Shown piece after piece: positions 9,023 to 18,759 of a stretch of DNA of 64,000 nucleotides (position 1 is its first letter; every line of letters begins with the position of its first letter). Below the pieces are notes generated by a model, which was not told the DNA's origin, did no database searches, and saw only the letters and a program-made list of their open reading frames with translations. Location: positions 26,892 through 90,891 of the forward strand of contig JAFUOP010000005.1 of NCBI GenBank assembly GCA_017481875.1. Reading direction: 5' to 3'. A program made the translations under genes and the position numbers. Origin of the DNA: Bacteroidaceae bacterium (GTDB lineage: Bacteria; Bacteroidota; Bacteroidia; Bacteroidales; Bacteroidaceae).

Positions 9023-11071
9023 CTACTTCTTATAATTTTCCAATCCCTGGTTCAAGAACTTGATGTATGAATCTACATCGAGGTCGAAAGAGTACGAGCC
9101 TGCAAGAGGATTGCCATCGTTATCCACGGGCACATAGAAAGGTTGTGCATTGGCACCGAATTTATAACGTTGCAAGTAGCTCCACTTGTCGCCCACTGTG
9201 CGCAGCTTGCGCTTTACACCCTGCTCTTCTACCTCAATGGGAGTGGGGAGAGGAGTTTTGTCATCGACAAAGAGAGATATAAGCACATAATCGTCGCGCA
9301 ATATATCGGCCACGCGGTCGTTGGTCCAAACCGAAGACTCCATATTACGGCAGTTTACACAGCCATAGCCTGTGAAGTCGAGCATTGCCGGCTTGCCCAA
9401 GCGACGTGCCATAGCCATACCCTCCTCGTAGTCGTCGCTTGCCGGGTGCACCTCGTTGTCATACATGTTGAAATCTTGTGTCCACATAGGGGGAGCAAAA
9501 GCACTTATTGCTTTGCAGGGAGCACCCCACAAACCGGGAATCATATACACAGCAAACGCCAACGAAATGAGCGCAATGAAGAACTTGGGAACAGAGGTTT
9601 GTTTCTCATCGGCATCGTCGTGGGGGAAGCGTATAATATTCAACAAATAGAGGCCAAGGAGCGCAAACAGCACAATCCAGATAGCGAGGAATGTCTCGCG
9701 GTCGAGCAAACGCCAGCCGTATGCAAGGTCGGCCACCGAGAAGAACTTGAGAGCAAATGCTATCTCCACAAAACCAAGAACCACCTTGATGGTATTCATC
9801 CAGCCACCTGAACGGGGAGCCTGCTTAAGCAGTGTGGGGAAGAGAGCAAACAGAGTGAAAGGCAATGCCAATGCAAGAGCAAAACCAAGCATACCCACAG
9901 CAGGGCCAAAGAGCGAGCCTGTTGTCGAAACCTCAACAAGCAGGAAGCCGATGATGGGGCCTGTACAAGAGAATGATACAAGTGTGAGGGTAAATGCCAT
10001 AAGGAAGATACTGAGCAAACCGGTAGTGTTGCTGGCCTTCTCATCTACCTTATTTGTCCACGAAGAGGGCAATGTAAGCTCGAAACCACCAAGGAACGAT
10101 GCACCAAAGAGCAACAGCAGTGCGCAGAAGAATATATTGAACACCGCGTTGGTAGAAAGAGCATTAAGAGCACTTGCACCAAAGAATATTGTAACGGCCA
10201 AGCCCAATATAAGGTATATTACAACAATAGATATTCCATAGAACACTGCCTCGCTGATAGCTTTTTTACGGCTCTTTGAACGTTTGAGGAAGAAGCTCAC
10301 TGTCATAGGAATAATGGGCCACACGCAGGGAGTGAGCAGTGCGAGGAAACCACCACCGAAACCAAGCAGGAATGTAATCCACAAAGAGCGTGTAGCAGTG
10401 CTGCCGCTATTCTGGAAAGCATCTAATTTATCGATTACGGGTGTCCACAACTGCGAAAAGCCGTTATCGGCAACCACTGTAGCAGGCACAAGCTCGGCAG
10501 CCTCTATCACCTCGGCGGGTTTCTCCTCTTTGGCAACAGGCAGGGGCTCTATTTTGGCTGCGGGCACCGATGCGGGTTTCTCTTTCACTGTGGCAGCGGG
10601 GTTTACTGCAGGGGCCGCAACGTTGGCAGTGCCTGTGATGTTGAACTCAAAGGCTGTGGGAGGTGTGCAGTTTTCGTCGTTGCAGGCACCATACTCCAGG
10701 TAGCCCTGCAGGGTGTATGCGCCACCTGTGAATTTCACTTTCTGTGTAAATGAAGCCTCGCCTTCGAAATATGATACCTGCATACCAAACACAGGGTCCA
10801 TAATATCAATTGCACCTTCAGAGGGGGTGAGAACACCCACGAGCTCGGCACCCTCGAGTTTTTCGAATGTGATGGTTGCCGCAGTGGGGCCACCCTCGGC
10901 AATGTTTGTGGAATAGAGATGCCAGCCGTCCTCTATTGTAGCGTTAAACACAATTTTACCATTGGCACCATCGGCCTCGAATTTCTGCTCGATGGTAACG
11001 GGGTTGAACATCTGCGCAAACGCAACCTGCGCAAGCACTCCCAAGAAGAGTGATAATAATAATTTTCTCAT
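9023..11071 (-). CDS. Protein-disulfide reductase DsbD-family protein (N-terminal DsbD-alpha-like domain, cytochrome c biogenesis-type transmembrane core, C-terminal thioredoxin)
   Basis: Signal peptide MRKLLLSLFLGVLAQVAFA. Transmembrane cysteines occur in LLTPCVWP and FSCTGP. The C-terminal thioredoxin has CxxC (GYGCVNCRNME). I chose the start at Met18, which avoids a 34-nt overlap with the upstream gene. Confidence 0.85.
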   Translation of the reverse strand: MRKLLLSLFLGVLAQVAFAQMFNPVTIEQKFEADGANGKIVFNATIEDGWHLYSTNIAEGGPTAATITFEKLEGAELVGVLTPSEGAIDIMDPVFGMQVSYFEGEASFTQKVKFTGGAYTLQGYLEYGACNDENCTPPTAFEFNITGTANVAAPAVNPAATVKEKPASVPAAKIEPLPVAKEEKPAEVIEAAELVPATVVADNGFSQLWTPVIDKLDAFQNSGSTATRSLWITFLLGFGGGFLALLTPCVWPIIPMTVSFFLKRSKSRKKAISEAVFYGISIVVIYLILGLAVTIFFGASALNALSTNAVFNIFFCALLLLFGASFLGGFELTLPSSWTNKVDEKASNTTGLLSIFLMAFTLTLVSFSCTGPIIGFLLVEVSTTGSLFGPAVGMLGFALALALPFTLFALFPTLLKQAPRSGGWMNTIKVVLGFVEIAFALKFFSVADLAYGWRLLDRETFLAIWIVLFALLGLYLLNIIRFPHDDADEKQTSVPKFFIALISLAFAVYMIPGLWGAPCKAISAFAPPMWTQDFNMYDNEVHPASDDYEEGMAMARRLGKPAMLDFTGYGCVNCRNMESSVWTNDRVADILRDDYVLISLFVDDKTPLPTPIEVEEQGVKRKLRTVGDKWSYLQRYKFGANAQPFYVPVDNDGNPLAGSYSFDLDVDSYIKFLNQGLENYKK

Positions 11072-11088
11072 AGCTATTTTTTTATTTA

Positions 11089-12444
11089 TTATAATTCCAT
11101 TGGATTTTTTCTTATTCTCCACTCTGCGGGATAGAGGTTATTGGCCCTGTTACCCACATTTTTCACAAAACCGATGGGTGCTCCATCGTATATCAAAAGC
11201 AAGTGCCCTACGGGAGCACCGGGAAAGGCAAGAGCCTCGCGGTGCAGATAGGCCAAGGCTTGCTCACGCTCAACCGCCACGCAATTGAAAGCATCGCGCT
11301 CCAACGCCTCGCTCATTGCCAATGTGTGCAGCGGTAGCAGTTTATTGTTTTTAACAGTGGCAAGTGGCACACCGGCGTGCAAAACACGCAATTTCTGCTG
11401 CAGAGCTACCATCGCAGCCGAATGCTCGCGTGGCAAGGCAGTAATATTTTCGCCCTGCATAATTATGTCAAAATCGGCAGGAACTTTTAACCAACCTGCA
11501 ACCTCTGCTTTCATTTTTGCTGCCACAGGCTGCATCTTTGCAGGGCGTGGCTGTACAACGGGCACACTACCCTCCTTGCGCAGAACAGCAAGGAAAAAGC
11601 CCTCGCCGCGGGTAAAGCCGGGGATAAAACGATATACCGGCAAAGCCGAATCGGTGAGCGAAGGTGTTATACCCCAAGCCGAATCGACCTGCAAGGCAAC
11701 AGGCTCTGCGCCAAGCTCACTTGCTATCCACTGCACGCACTCCTCATCTTCTGCGGCATTGAAGGTACAAGTGCTATAAACAAGCAAACCTCCAGGGCGC
11801 AAGCAACCCCAAACATCTGCGAGTATCTCTTTCTGGCGGGCAGCACACTGCTTTACCACCGATTCACTCCACTGCTCTACAGCAAAGGAATCCTTGCGGA
11901 ACATACCCTCACCGGAGCAAGGAGCATCTACCACAATCAAGTCGAAAAAGTTCTTGAACGGGGCAAAGTCGGCCGGCTCGTTCTTTGTAACAACAGCAGC
12001 GGCAGCACCCCACTTAATAACATTTTCGGCAAGCACCTGCGCACGTAGTGGCATTGGCTCGTTTGAAACGAGAAGACTGCCTGCCGGCAGGCTCTGCAAC
12101 AAGTGCGTGGTTTTGCCACCTGGGGCGGCGCAAAGGTCGAGCGCACGCACCGGCCCGTTTACAAGCTGCCGAACCACCTGCCCCAGAAACATAGACGACG
12201 CCTCCTGTACATAGTAGCAACCCGCGTGGAAGAGCGGGTCGGCAGTAAAAGCAGGGCGAGCCGGCAAATAACGCCCCTCGGGTGCCCAAGGAACAGGCTC
12301 ACCACAAAGTGTTGCAAAAGGCTTGCGATCGTTGAGACGCACACTCACAACAGGCTCCTCATTGAGTGCCGTTGCAAAACGCTCGTAACGCTCATTGCCG
12401 AAAAGGGAGAGCGTGCGTGCCTCAAAATTATCATTCAAATTCAT
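11089..12444 (-). CDS. RsmB/RsmF-family rRNA cytosine-C5 methyltransferase (NOL1/NOP2/Sun) with an RsmF-like C-terminal domain
   Basis: SAM-binding motif DLCAAPGGKT, catalytic region DAPCSGEGMFRK and TCTFN. The start at MNLNDNFEAR is uncertain; the alternative ATG is at 12465. Confidence 0.85.
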   Translation of the reverse strand: MNLNDNFEARTLSLFGNERYERFATALNEEPVVSVRLNDRKPFATLCGEPVPWAPEGRYLPARPAFTADPLFHAGCYYVQEASSMFLGQVVRQLVNGPVRALDLCAAPGGKTTHLLQSLPAGSLLVSNEPMPLRAQVLAENVIKWGAAAAVVTKNEPADFAPFKNFFDLIVVDAPCSGEGMFRKDSFAVEQWSESVVKQCAARQKEILADVWGCLRPGGLLVYSTCTFNAAEDEECVQWIASELGAEPVALQVDSAWGITPSLTDSALPVYRFIPGFTRGEGFFLAVLRKEGSVPVVQPRPAKMQPVAAKMKAEVAGWLKVPADFDIIMQGENITALPREHSAAMVALQQKLRVLHAGVPLATVKNNKLLPLHTLAMSEALERDAFNCVAVEREQALAYLHREALAFPGAPVGHLLLIYDGAPIGFVKNVGNRANNLYPAEWRIRKNPMEL

Positions 12445-12497
12445 TGTGCAATTATTGCCTCTCAAATATTCGCAGTCTATTTTCGCTAATATAATTG

Positions 12498-12505
12498 CAA
12501 AGATA
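12498..12505 (-). promoter_or_regulatory. -7 promoter box TATCTTTG (minus strand) upstream of the RsmF-like gene
   Basis: The reverse complement of caaagata is TATCTTTG. It lies in the divergent region between the RsmF-like gene and thyA. Confidence 0.4.
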
Positions 12506-12609
12506 GCAAAAATGAATAAATAATAACTATTATATTTATAATTATCGTTATACTAATTCCAATGTATGAAAATAAATTGTATCTTCGCAGACAAAGTAAT
12601 ACAATAAAG

Positions 12610-13404
12610 ATGAAACAATATTTAGACCTGCTTAACAGAATACTTACCGAGGGCACGAAAAAAGAGGACCGCACAGGCACAGGCACAATAAGCGTGTTCG
12701 GCCACCAGATGCGTTTCAACCTCGAGGAGGGCTTCCCTTGCCTCACCACAAAAAAGCTACACTTGAAATCCATAATTCACGAATTGCTGTGGTTTCTAAA
12801 CGGCGACACAAATGTAAAATACCTGCAAGACAACGGTGTGAGAATATGGAACGAATGGGCCGATGAGAAGGGCGATTTAGGGCATATTTACGGCTACCAA
12901 TGGAGGTCGTGGCCGGGGTACGACGGCGAGCATATAGACCAGATAACCGAGGTTGTAAACACACTGAAAAACAACCCCGATTCGCGCCGCATAATAGTGA
13001 ACGCCTGGAACGTGGCCGATATAAAAAATATGAACCTGCCACCCTGCCACGCAATGTTCCAGTTCTACGTAGCCGACGACCGCTTGAGCTTGCAACTATA
13101 CCAGCGCAGTGCCGATTGTTTCCTGGGCGTGCCCTTTAACATAGCATCATACTCACTTTTGCTGCTTATGATGGCACAGGTAACCGGCTTAAAGGCGGGC
13201 GACTTTGTCCACACGCTTGGCGACGCACACCTCTACCTGAACCACATAGAGCAAGCCAAGCTACAGCTGACACGCGAGCCGCGCAAGCTACCGCGTATGG
13301 CCATAAACCCTGATGTAAAGGACATCTTCGGGTTTAAATTCGAGGATTTCTCACTGGAAGATTACGACCCACACCCACACATAAAAGCCGAAGTTTCTGT
13401 TTAA
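12610..13404 (+). CDS. thyA: Thymidylate synthase
   Basis: 264 aa starting [26 protein letters not shown]. Catalytic motif PPCH ([13 protein letters not shown]). I chose the start at the internal Met17 of the ORF-track call. Confidence 0.96.
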   Translation: MKQYLDLLNRILTEGTKKEDRTGTGTISVFGHQMRFNLEEGFPCLTTKKLHLKSIIHELLWFLNGDTNVKYLQDNGVRIWNEWADEKGDLGHIYGYQWRSWPGYDGEHIDQITEVVNTLKNNPDSRRIIVNAWNVADIKNMNLPPCHAMFQFYVADDRLSLQLYQRSADCFLGVPFNIASYSLLLLMMAQVTGLKAGDFVHTLGDAHLYLNHIEQAKLQLTREPRKLPRMAINPDVKDIFGFKFEDFSLEDYDPHPHIKAEVSV

Positions 13405-13440
13405 ACAAAGAGAAGGCAAACAACTAAAACCACAAGAACA

Positions 13441-13935
13441 ATGTACAAGGTTGCACTAATTGCCGCGGTGGCACAAAACAACGCCATAGGCATAAACAAC
13501 AAACTTATCTATTGGCTACCCAACGACCTCAAACGCTTTAAAGAGCTTACCACAGGACACACAATAATTATGGGCAGCAACACGTTCCGTTCACTGCCCA
13601 AGGGAGCATTGCCCAACCGTCGTAACATTGTACTATCGCGCAAGGAGAGCGAGTTTGCAGGAGCCGAGCACTTCACATCGCTCGAGGAGGCACTTGCCAA
13701 TTGCATAGACGAAGAGATTGTATATATAATCGGCGGTGAGCAACTATACAAAACAGCACTGCCCATTGCCGATATTCTGTGCCTCACAGAGGTGAAAGAC
13801 ACCCCGGCACAGGCCGACGCCTTCTTCCCCGCATTCGACAAAAAGGAGTGGGAGGTCATAGAGCAAACAGACCACACGGCCGACGAGAAACACAGCCACG
13901 ACTACAGTTTTATCACATACCTGAGAAGGAGATAG
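13441..13935 (+). CDS. folA: Dihydrofolate reductase
   Basis: 164 aa with IAAVAQNNAIGINNKLIYWLPNDLKRFKELTTGHTIIMGSNTF. It directly follows thyA, the classic pairing. Confidence 0.93.
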   Translation: MYKVALIAAVAQNNAIGINNKLIYWLPNDLKRFKELTTGHTIIMGSNTFRSLPKGALPNRRNIVLSRKESEFAGAEHFTSLEEALANCIDEEIVYIIGGEQLYKTALPIADILCLTEVKDTPAQADAFFPAFDKKEWEVIEQTDHTADEKHSHDYSFITYLRRR

Positions 13936-13979
13936 GAATCGGAATCGGCTTTTCCCGCAGCCATTCCGCCGCTCGACAA

Positions 13980-14021
13980 AAAAAAGATTCAGCAGCCTTC
14001 AAAGGCTGCTGAATCTTTTTT
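13980..14021. terminator. Bidirectional rho-independent terminator between convergent folA and exbD
   Basis: Stem aaaaaagattcagcagcc / ggctgctgaatctttttt (18 bp) with a 6-nt loop. A and T tracts are present on both sides. Confidence 0.8.
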
Positions 14022-14055
14022 ATATACAACCCTTTCCAAGGGTTACAATTCACAT

Positions 14056-14517
14056 TTAACGCTGTGTAGAAGAATAAACTATCGCAAGCGCCCATGCCTT
14101 ACGTAATTCCATTTTAACGTCGGTGAGGATACCCATTTGGGTATTAACATCAGCTTTAATAGAAACCTTCATAAAAGGTTTATCACGCTCGGCCAAGCCT
14201 TCACGCTCATCTTGGATATACTCGCGAATGTGCGACACATCGGCAAACTTGTCGTTCAACTGAATGCGGCTCGAAACACCGAGCTTTGCACGGTAATCGC
14301 GGGTAGGCTTACCTATATAAATATTTGATACCAAAGACTTACGCTCGAGCTTTTCCAACTCGGTACCCTGGGGAATCTTAAACTCCACCTTCAACTCCAC
14401 CTCACGCATTGATGTTACAATCATGAAGAAGAAAAGAATAGAGAAGATCAAGTCGGGCAATGACGAGGTGTTCAACTCAGGCATTTCTGCCTTTTCTTTT
14501 TTTCCGAACTTACTCAT
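14056..14517 (-). CDS. exbD: ExbD/TolR-family biopolymer transport protein
   Basis: 153 aa. It has the N-terminal cytoplasmic tail plus single transmembrane segment typical of ExbD (ELNTSSLPDLIFSILFFFMIV). Confidence 0.85.
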   Translation of the reverse strand: MSKFGKKEKAEMPELNTSSLPDLIFSILFFFMIVTSMREVELKVEFKIPQGTELEKLERKSLVSNIYIGKPTRDYRAKLGVSSRIQLNDKFADVSHIREYIQDEREGLAERDKPFMKVSIKADVNTQMGILTDVKMELRKAWALAIVYSSTQR

Positions 14518-14522
14518 AGTTA

Positions 14523-15119
14523 TTACTGATTATATGTACGGGGTTCTGCCTCCGATATCATTGTTTTATAGAACATACGACAAGCGAACTGCTGGTCTTC
14601 GTTACACTCATCAAAGGGACGACCGAAAGTCTTTCTTGCCAACTCGTCGCGCAATTCGTTATAGGCACCATACAACTCATTCTCAACCTGGAAATAGGTA
14701 TCGTAGTTTGTTGCACGGTCGGTCTGCAACGATATTACGTGCTTGCTTGTAACCATCTGCACTCCGAAGGGGTCGGGAAGCTTCTCTGCGTGCTTCTCGG
14801 GATAGTCGGGGCGGTTGTCGGGGTTAGCTATAAACTCCTTTGCCAATGCGCGAAGCTCTGTAACAGGAATAACGTAGGGGACCTTCTCACCCTGAGTGAT
14901 AAGAATCTCGTTATTCATGTTTACATTTACCACCAAACTGTTACGTTTGCGAATCTTTGGAGGATCCTGCAACTGTGTTTCATCGGGTGGCTGAGGCAAA
15001 CGTACCTGCAAACCGCGGTCGGTATCCATTGAAGTGGTTACCAAGAAGAATATGAGCAAGATGAACGAGATGTCGGCCGTTGAGCTGGCGTTAATTCCCG
15101 GAACTTTTCTTTTACCCAT
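14523..15119 (-). CDS. exbD: ExbD/TolR-family biopolymer transport protein (long form)
   Basis: 198 aa with GINASSTADISFILLIFFLVTT followed by a periplasmic domain. It lies 5 nt upstream of the second exbD. Confidence 0.85.
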   Translation of the reverse strand: MGKRKVPGINASSTADISFILLIFFLVTTSMDTDRGLQVRLPQPPDETQLQDPPKIRKRNSLVVNVNMNNEILITQGEKVPYVIPVTELRALAKEFIANPDNRPDYPEKHAEKLPDPFGVQMVTSKHVISLQTDRATNYDTYFQVENELYGAYNELRDELARKTFGRPFDECNEDQQFACRMFYKTMISEAEPRTYNQ

Positions 15120-15124
15120 TTTTA

Positions 15125-15619
15125 TTACGCTTTAATTTTGTTAAATCCTTTGAATACACCCAAAAGGCTGAGAATAGCAGCAGCCAAACATACGGTGAAG
15201 AGTACATACTGTACATAGATGCAAACATCGGCAAGCACCAATGTACCTTTATCCTCAAACACGGTGTTGTTGATGAGAATGGGAGCATCTGAAGAAACTG
15301 CATAAGCAGCCACAAACAGCACCACCATTGCAGCAATAGAGCCGATGCTCTTTACCGCGCCCTTGGGGTCGGTCTTAATGTTGGCAATAAACTGTGCGAA
15401 ACCGAATACAACAACCAGTACAATGCCAACCACCATCAATACATATATCCAATACATCAACAGGTCGGTGTACTCGGGGTCGGTAACAAAGGCACCGCCC
15501 GTTACACTTGACATATTGTCATATCCCACGCAGTAGAACATAACAAGCACGAAGGCTGTTACTGCCATAAGGATATAGAATATGTAAGATGAAATTTTAC
15601 TTGATAATTCAGCTTTCAT
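15125..15619 (-). CDS. Hypothetical 4-transmembrane membrane protein embedded in the ExbB/ExbD cluster
   Basis: 164 aa with four hydrophobic helices and no motif I recognise. The gap is 5 nt to exbD and 29 nt from exbB. Confidence 0.6.
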   Translation of the reverse strand: MKAELSSKISSYIFYILMAVTAFVLVMFYCVGYDNMSSVTGGAFVTDPEYTDLLMYWIYVLMVVGIVLVVVFGFAQFIANIKTDPKGAVKSIGSIAAMVVLFVAAYAVSSDAPILINNTVFEDKGTLVLADVCIYVQYVLFTVCLAAAILSLLGVFKGFNKIKA

Positions 15620-15648
15620 AATTTAATAGTATTTAGAGCTGTTTGAAA

Positions 15649-16479
15649 TTACTTTTTAAGGTTGTACTTTGTGAGAAGGTCGAGAAGCACGATAGAAGAA
15701 TCCTCCATATCTGCTGTGATAGCCTCAATCTTACCAAGAATATAGTTGTAGAATACCTGGAGGATAAGAGCTACAATGATACCGTAGATTGTTGTAATCA
15801 AGGCCACCTTCATACCACCGGCAACGATAGTCGGAGAGATATCACCAGCACGCTGGATTTCGTCAAACGACATAACCATACCGATCACAGTACCCAAGAA
15901 TCCGAGTGAAGGAGCCATAGCAATCAAAAGTGTAATCCAAGAGCAACCGTTCTCCAAGAGACCGCTCTGAACACTACCGTAAGAAACTACTGAACGCTCT
16001 ACAGTGTCCAAGCCCTCGTCAATACGCATCAAGCCCTGGTAGCAGATAGCTGCAACTGGACCGGCTGTGTTGCGGCAGATCTCTTTGGCTTTCTCAACAT
16101 CTTTAGCCTCCAAAGCTGCTGCGATAGACTCCATAAGTTTCTTTGTGTTCACCTGAGCAAGGCTCAAATAGATGATACGCTCAATGCAGAATGCAAGACC
16201 GATAACCATAGCGATGGCAACCAATGCCATAAATGCAGCATCACCCTCGATGAACTTTGTCTTCAAGATTTTGTGGAAACCCTCCTGCTCAGCCTCCTCA
16301 ACAACGGCGGGAGCCTCCTCAACGGGAGCAGCAATTTCCTCAGCAACAGCTGTTGAATCAGTAGCAGTTGAATCACTTACCTCTGTAGCAACAGGAGCAG
16401 CTTCGTCCTGTGCATAAACCATTTGGGTACCGAATGTAAACATACCCAACATTGCAACAATTGCAAAAAGCTTTTTCAT
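15649..16479 (-). CDS. exbB: MotA/TolQ/ExbB proton-channel family protein with an acidic Ala/Glu/Val-rich N-terminal extension
   Basis: 276 aa. A signal peptide is followed by low-complexity sequence (QDEAAPVATEVSDSTATDSTAVAEEIAAPVEEAPAVVEEAEQEG) and then the ExbB core (MAPSLGFLGTVIGMVMSF). Confidence 0.88.
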   Translation of the reverse strand: MKKLFAIVAMLGMFTFGTQMVYAQDEAAPVATEVSDSTATDSTAVAEEIAAPVEEAPAVVEEAEQEGFHKILKTKFIEGDAAFMALVAIAMVIGLAFCIERIIYLSLAQVNTKKLMESIAAALEAKDVEKAKEICRNTAGPVAAICYQGLMRIDEGLDTVERSVVSYGSVQSGLLENGCSWITLLIAMAPSLGFLGTVIGMVMSFDEIQRAGDISPTIVAGGMKVALITTIYGIIVALILQVFYNYILGKIEAITADMEDSSIVLLDLLTKYNLKK

Positions 16480-16530
16480 TGTGTGTAATTTTTAAAAATT
16501 TATATTTTAAGTTAATATTATCTCCACTTG

Positions 16531-16618
16531 CGGAAAGAGGGGGATTCGAACCCCCGATACGCTTTTGACGTATACACGCTTTCCAGGCGTGCCTCTTCAG
16601 CCACTCGAGCACCTTTCC
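16531..16618 (-). tRNA. tRNA-Ser (anticodon GGA), class II with a long variable arm; CCA not encoded
   Basis: The reverse complement is GGAAAGGTGCTCGAGTGGCTGAAGAGGCACGCCTGGAAAGCGTGTATACGTCAAAAGCGTATCGGGGGTTCGAATCCCCCTCTTTCCG. The acceptor stem is 7 bp. The anticodon stem CACGC/GCGTG has loop CTGGAAA. The T arm is GGGGG-TTCGAAT-CCCCC. Confidence 0.92.
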
Positions 16619-16688
16619 CTGCTGACAACAACCTGCTATTCGGCGTGCAAGATACAAAAAATTTTATAACCTGCACTCTATTTCACGG

Positions 16689-16696
16689 CAAAAGTA
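16689..16696 (-). promoter_or_regulatory. -7 promoter box TACTTTTG (minus strand) upstream of tRNA-Ser
   Basis: The reverse complement of caaaagta is TACTTTTG, about 70 nt upstream of the tRNA 5' end. No comparable box lies between the tRNA and exbB. Confidence 0.3.
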
Positions 16697-16843
16697 AGTT
16701 TTTTTTTCGAATACATAAACTTTTATGAAAAAACCTTTTGCACATTAATGTAAAAAACCTGCATTACCGCACTTTTTAACATTTTTACATAGATATAAAC
16801 GGAGAAAATAAAATAAAATTATCTCTTATATTGATTTATTGGT

Positions 16844-16851
16844 TATTTTTG
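16844..16851 (+). promoter_or_regulatory. -7 promoter box TATTTTTG upstream of lpxK
   Basis: Exact TAnnTTTG match, 42 nt upstream of the ATG at 16893. It lies inside the ORF-track extension that starts at 16839. Confidence 0.4.
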
Positions 16852-16892
16852 CATCAAGCCACAAAAAAGGCTCATTAAAAATTCTATTGCCA

Positions 16893-17969
16893 ATGCAAAA
16901 AAAGAAAGGCATTTTTAAAACCATTGCCGACACACTAAACCCATACCGCTGGATAATGGAGGCACGCAACCGCGCCTTTAACCGTGGCATATTACCGCAA
17001 CACACATTCAACGTGCCCATTATATGCATTGGAAACATCACTGTCGGTGGCACCGGTAAAACCCCTCATACTGAATACATTATAAAATTACTGAAAGAGC
17101 GCGAGAATGTAGCGATCCTGAGCCGTGGCTATGGGCGAAAGACAAAAGGATTTATAAAAGCCGACGAGAACACCACAATGCCTATGATTGGCGATGAGCC
17201 GTTTCAAATAAAGGAGAAATTCCCCGGCATTACCGTTGCCGTGTGCGAAAAGCGCGTTACAGGCGCAACAAACCTACTTGCCGACAGCACACCGCCAACC
17301 GTAATATTGCTCGACGATGCATACCAGCACCGCCACATAAAAGCAGGCCTGTACATATTATTGGTAGATTACAACCGGCCAATCTGGAACGACTGCACCC
17401 TGCCCTTCGGGCGATTGCGCGAGAGCGACAAAGGCACCCGTCGCGCCGATATTGTAATAATAACCAAGTGCCCCGACAATATCACACAAGAAGAAAAGGA
17501 TTGCATCTGCAAGAGCCTAAAAACAAAAGAGGGTGTGCCGGTGTTTTTTTCAAAAGTAAAGTACGGCAGAATATACCCGCTTTTTGCAACAGAGCAGCAG
17601 CCCCGCACCAGCATAGGCAAAGGAGACAATGTACTGCTGCTCACCGGCATAGCAAAACCAGGGCCGCTGAAACAAGAGATTGAGAGAACGGGCGCAAAGG
17701 TTACCCTCCTGCAATACCCCGACCACTACAATTTCGGCGACAGCGACATAAAAGAGATTGCAAAGAGATACAACAGCACCTGCGGCAGTAAATTTATACT
17801 GACAACAGAAAAAGACGCAACACGTTTGCGCCGCACAAGCAACCTGCCACAAGAGATAAAAGAAAACATATACGCAATACCAATTGAGGTAGAAATCATT
17901 GACAACAAAGAAAAAGAGTTTAACCAAAAAATATTAGACTATGTTACAGAAGATTCAAGAAACAGCTGA
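16893..17969 (+). CDS. lpxK: Tetraacyldisaccharide 4'-kinase
   Basis: It starts MQKKKGIFKT and carries the P-loop IGNITVGGTGKTP. Length and layout are typical of LpxK. Confidence 0.9.
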   Translation: MQKKKGIFKTIADTLNPYRWIMEARNRAFNRGILPQHTFNVPIICIGNITVGGTGKTPHTEYIIKLLKERENVAILSRGYGRKTKGFIKADENTTMPMIGDEPFQIKEKFPGITVAVCEKRVTGATNLLADSTPPTVILLDDAYQHRHIKAGLYILLVDYNRPIWNDCTLPFGRLRESDKGTRRADIVIITKCPDNITQEEKDCICKSLKTKEGVPVFFSKVKYGRIYPLFATEQQPRTSIGKGDNVLLLTGIAKPGPLKQEIERTGAKVTLLQYPDHYNFGDSDIKEIAKRYNSTCGSKFILTTEKDATRLRRTSNLPQEIKENIYAIPIEVEIIDNKEKEFNQKILDYVTEDSRNS

Positions 17970-18750
17970 GTTTTTGAAAGCAAAAATGACTACAGCACCC
18001 GAAACAGCCATAATTCTTGGCACAGGCCTTGGCAGCCTTGTAAACGAGATTACCGATAAATACGAGATTAAGTACGAGGATATCCCCAATTTTCCCCTTT
18101 CTACCGTTGAGGGACACTCGGGCAAGCTCATCTTCGGCAAGCTTGGCAACAAAGAGATTATGGCAATGCAGGGCCGCTTCCATTTCTACGAAGGCTACTC
18201 AATGAAAGAGGTAACATTCCCCGTGCGTGTAATGCGTGAGCTTGGAATAAAAACACTCTTTGTATCAAACGCCGCAGGTGGCATGAGCCCCGACTTCATC
18301 ATCGGCGACCTTATGATTATCACCGACCACATAAATATGTTCCCCGAGCACCCCTTGCGCGGCAAGAATATCCCTTACGGCGACCGCTTCCCCGATATGA
18401 GCCAGGCATACTGCCCCGAACTCATTGCAATGGCCAAGGAGATAGCCAAAGAGAAAGGCATTCGCGTGGTTGAGGGAGTTTACCTTGGCACACAAGGCCC
18501 CACATTCGAAACACCTTCGGAGTATCGTATGTTCCACCGCATGGGCGGCGATGCCGTGGGTATGTCAACAGTGCCCGAAGTAATTGTTGCCCGCCACTGT
18601 GGCATAAGAGTTTTTGGAATTTCAGTCATTACCGACCTCGGCGTAGAGGGCAAGATTGTTGAAGTGAGCCACGAGGAGGTGCAGAAAGCCGCAGACGAGG
18701 CACAACCCCGCATGACAACAATCTTCCGCGAAATAGTAAACAGAGCATAA
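17941..18750 (+). CDS. Purine-nucleoside phosphorylase (trimeric PNP/PunA type)
   Basis: 269 aa with the motifs ILGTGLGSL, MQGRFHFYEGY and VGMSTVPEV. It overlaps the lpxK 3' end by 29 nt. Confidence 0.9.
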   Translation: MLQKIQETAEFLKAKMTTAPETAIILGTGLGSLVNEITDKYEIKYEDIPNFPLSTVEGHSGKLIFGKLGNKEIMAMQGRFHFYEGYSMKEVTFPVRVMRELGIKTLFVSNAAGGMSPDFIIGDLMIITDHINMFPEHPLRGKNIPYGDRFPDMSQAYCPELIAMAKEIAKEKGIRVVEGVYLGTQGPTFETPSEYRMFHRMGGDAVGMSTVPEVIVARHCGIRVFGISVITDLGVEGKIVEVSHEEVQKAADEAQPRMTTIFREIVNRA

Positions 18751-18759
18751 GAAAAACAG

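Noticed and set aside
12486-12773. A 95-aa minus-strand ORF in the RsmF-like/thyA divergent region.
   Set aside because: It overlaps the thyA start and the promoter region. Its sequence is low-complexity and Ile/Phe-rich, as expected from AT-rich DNA, and it has no independent support.
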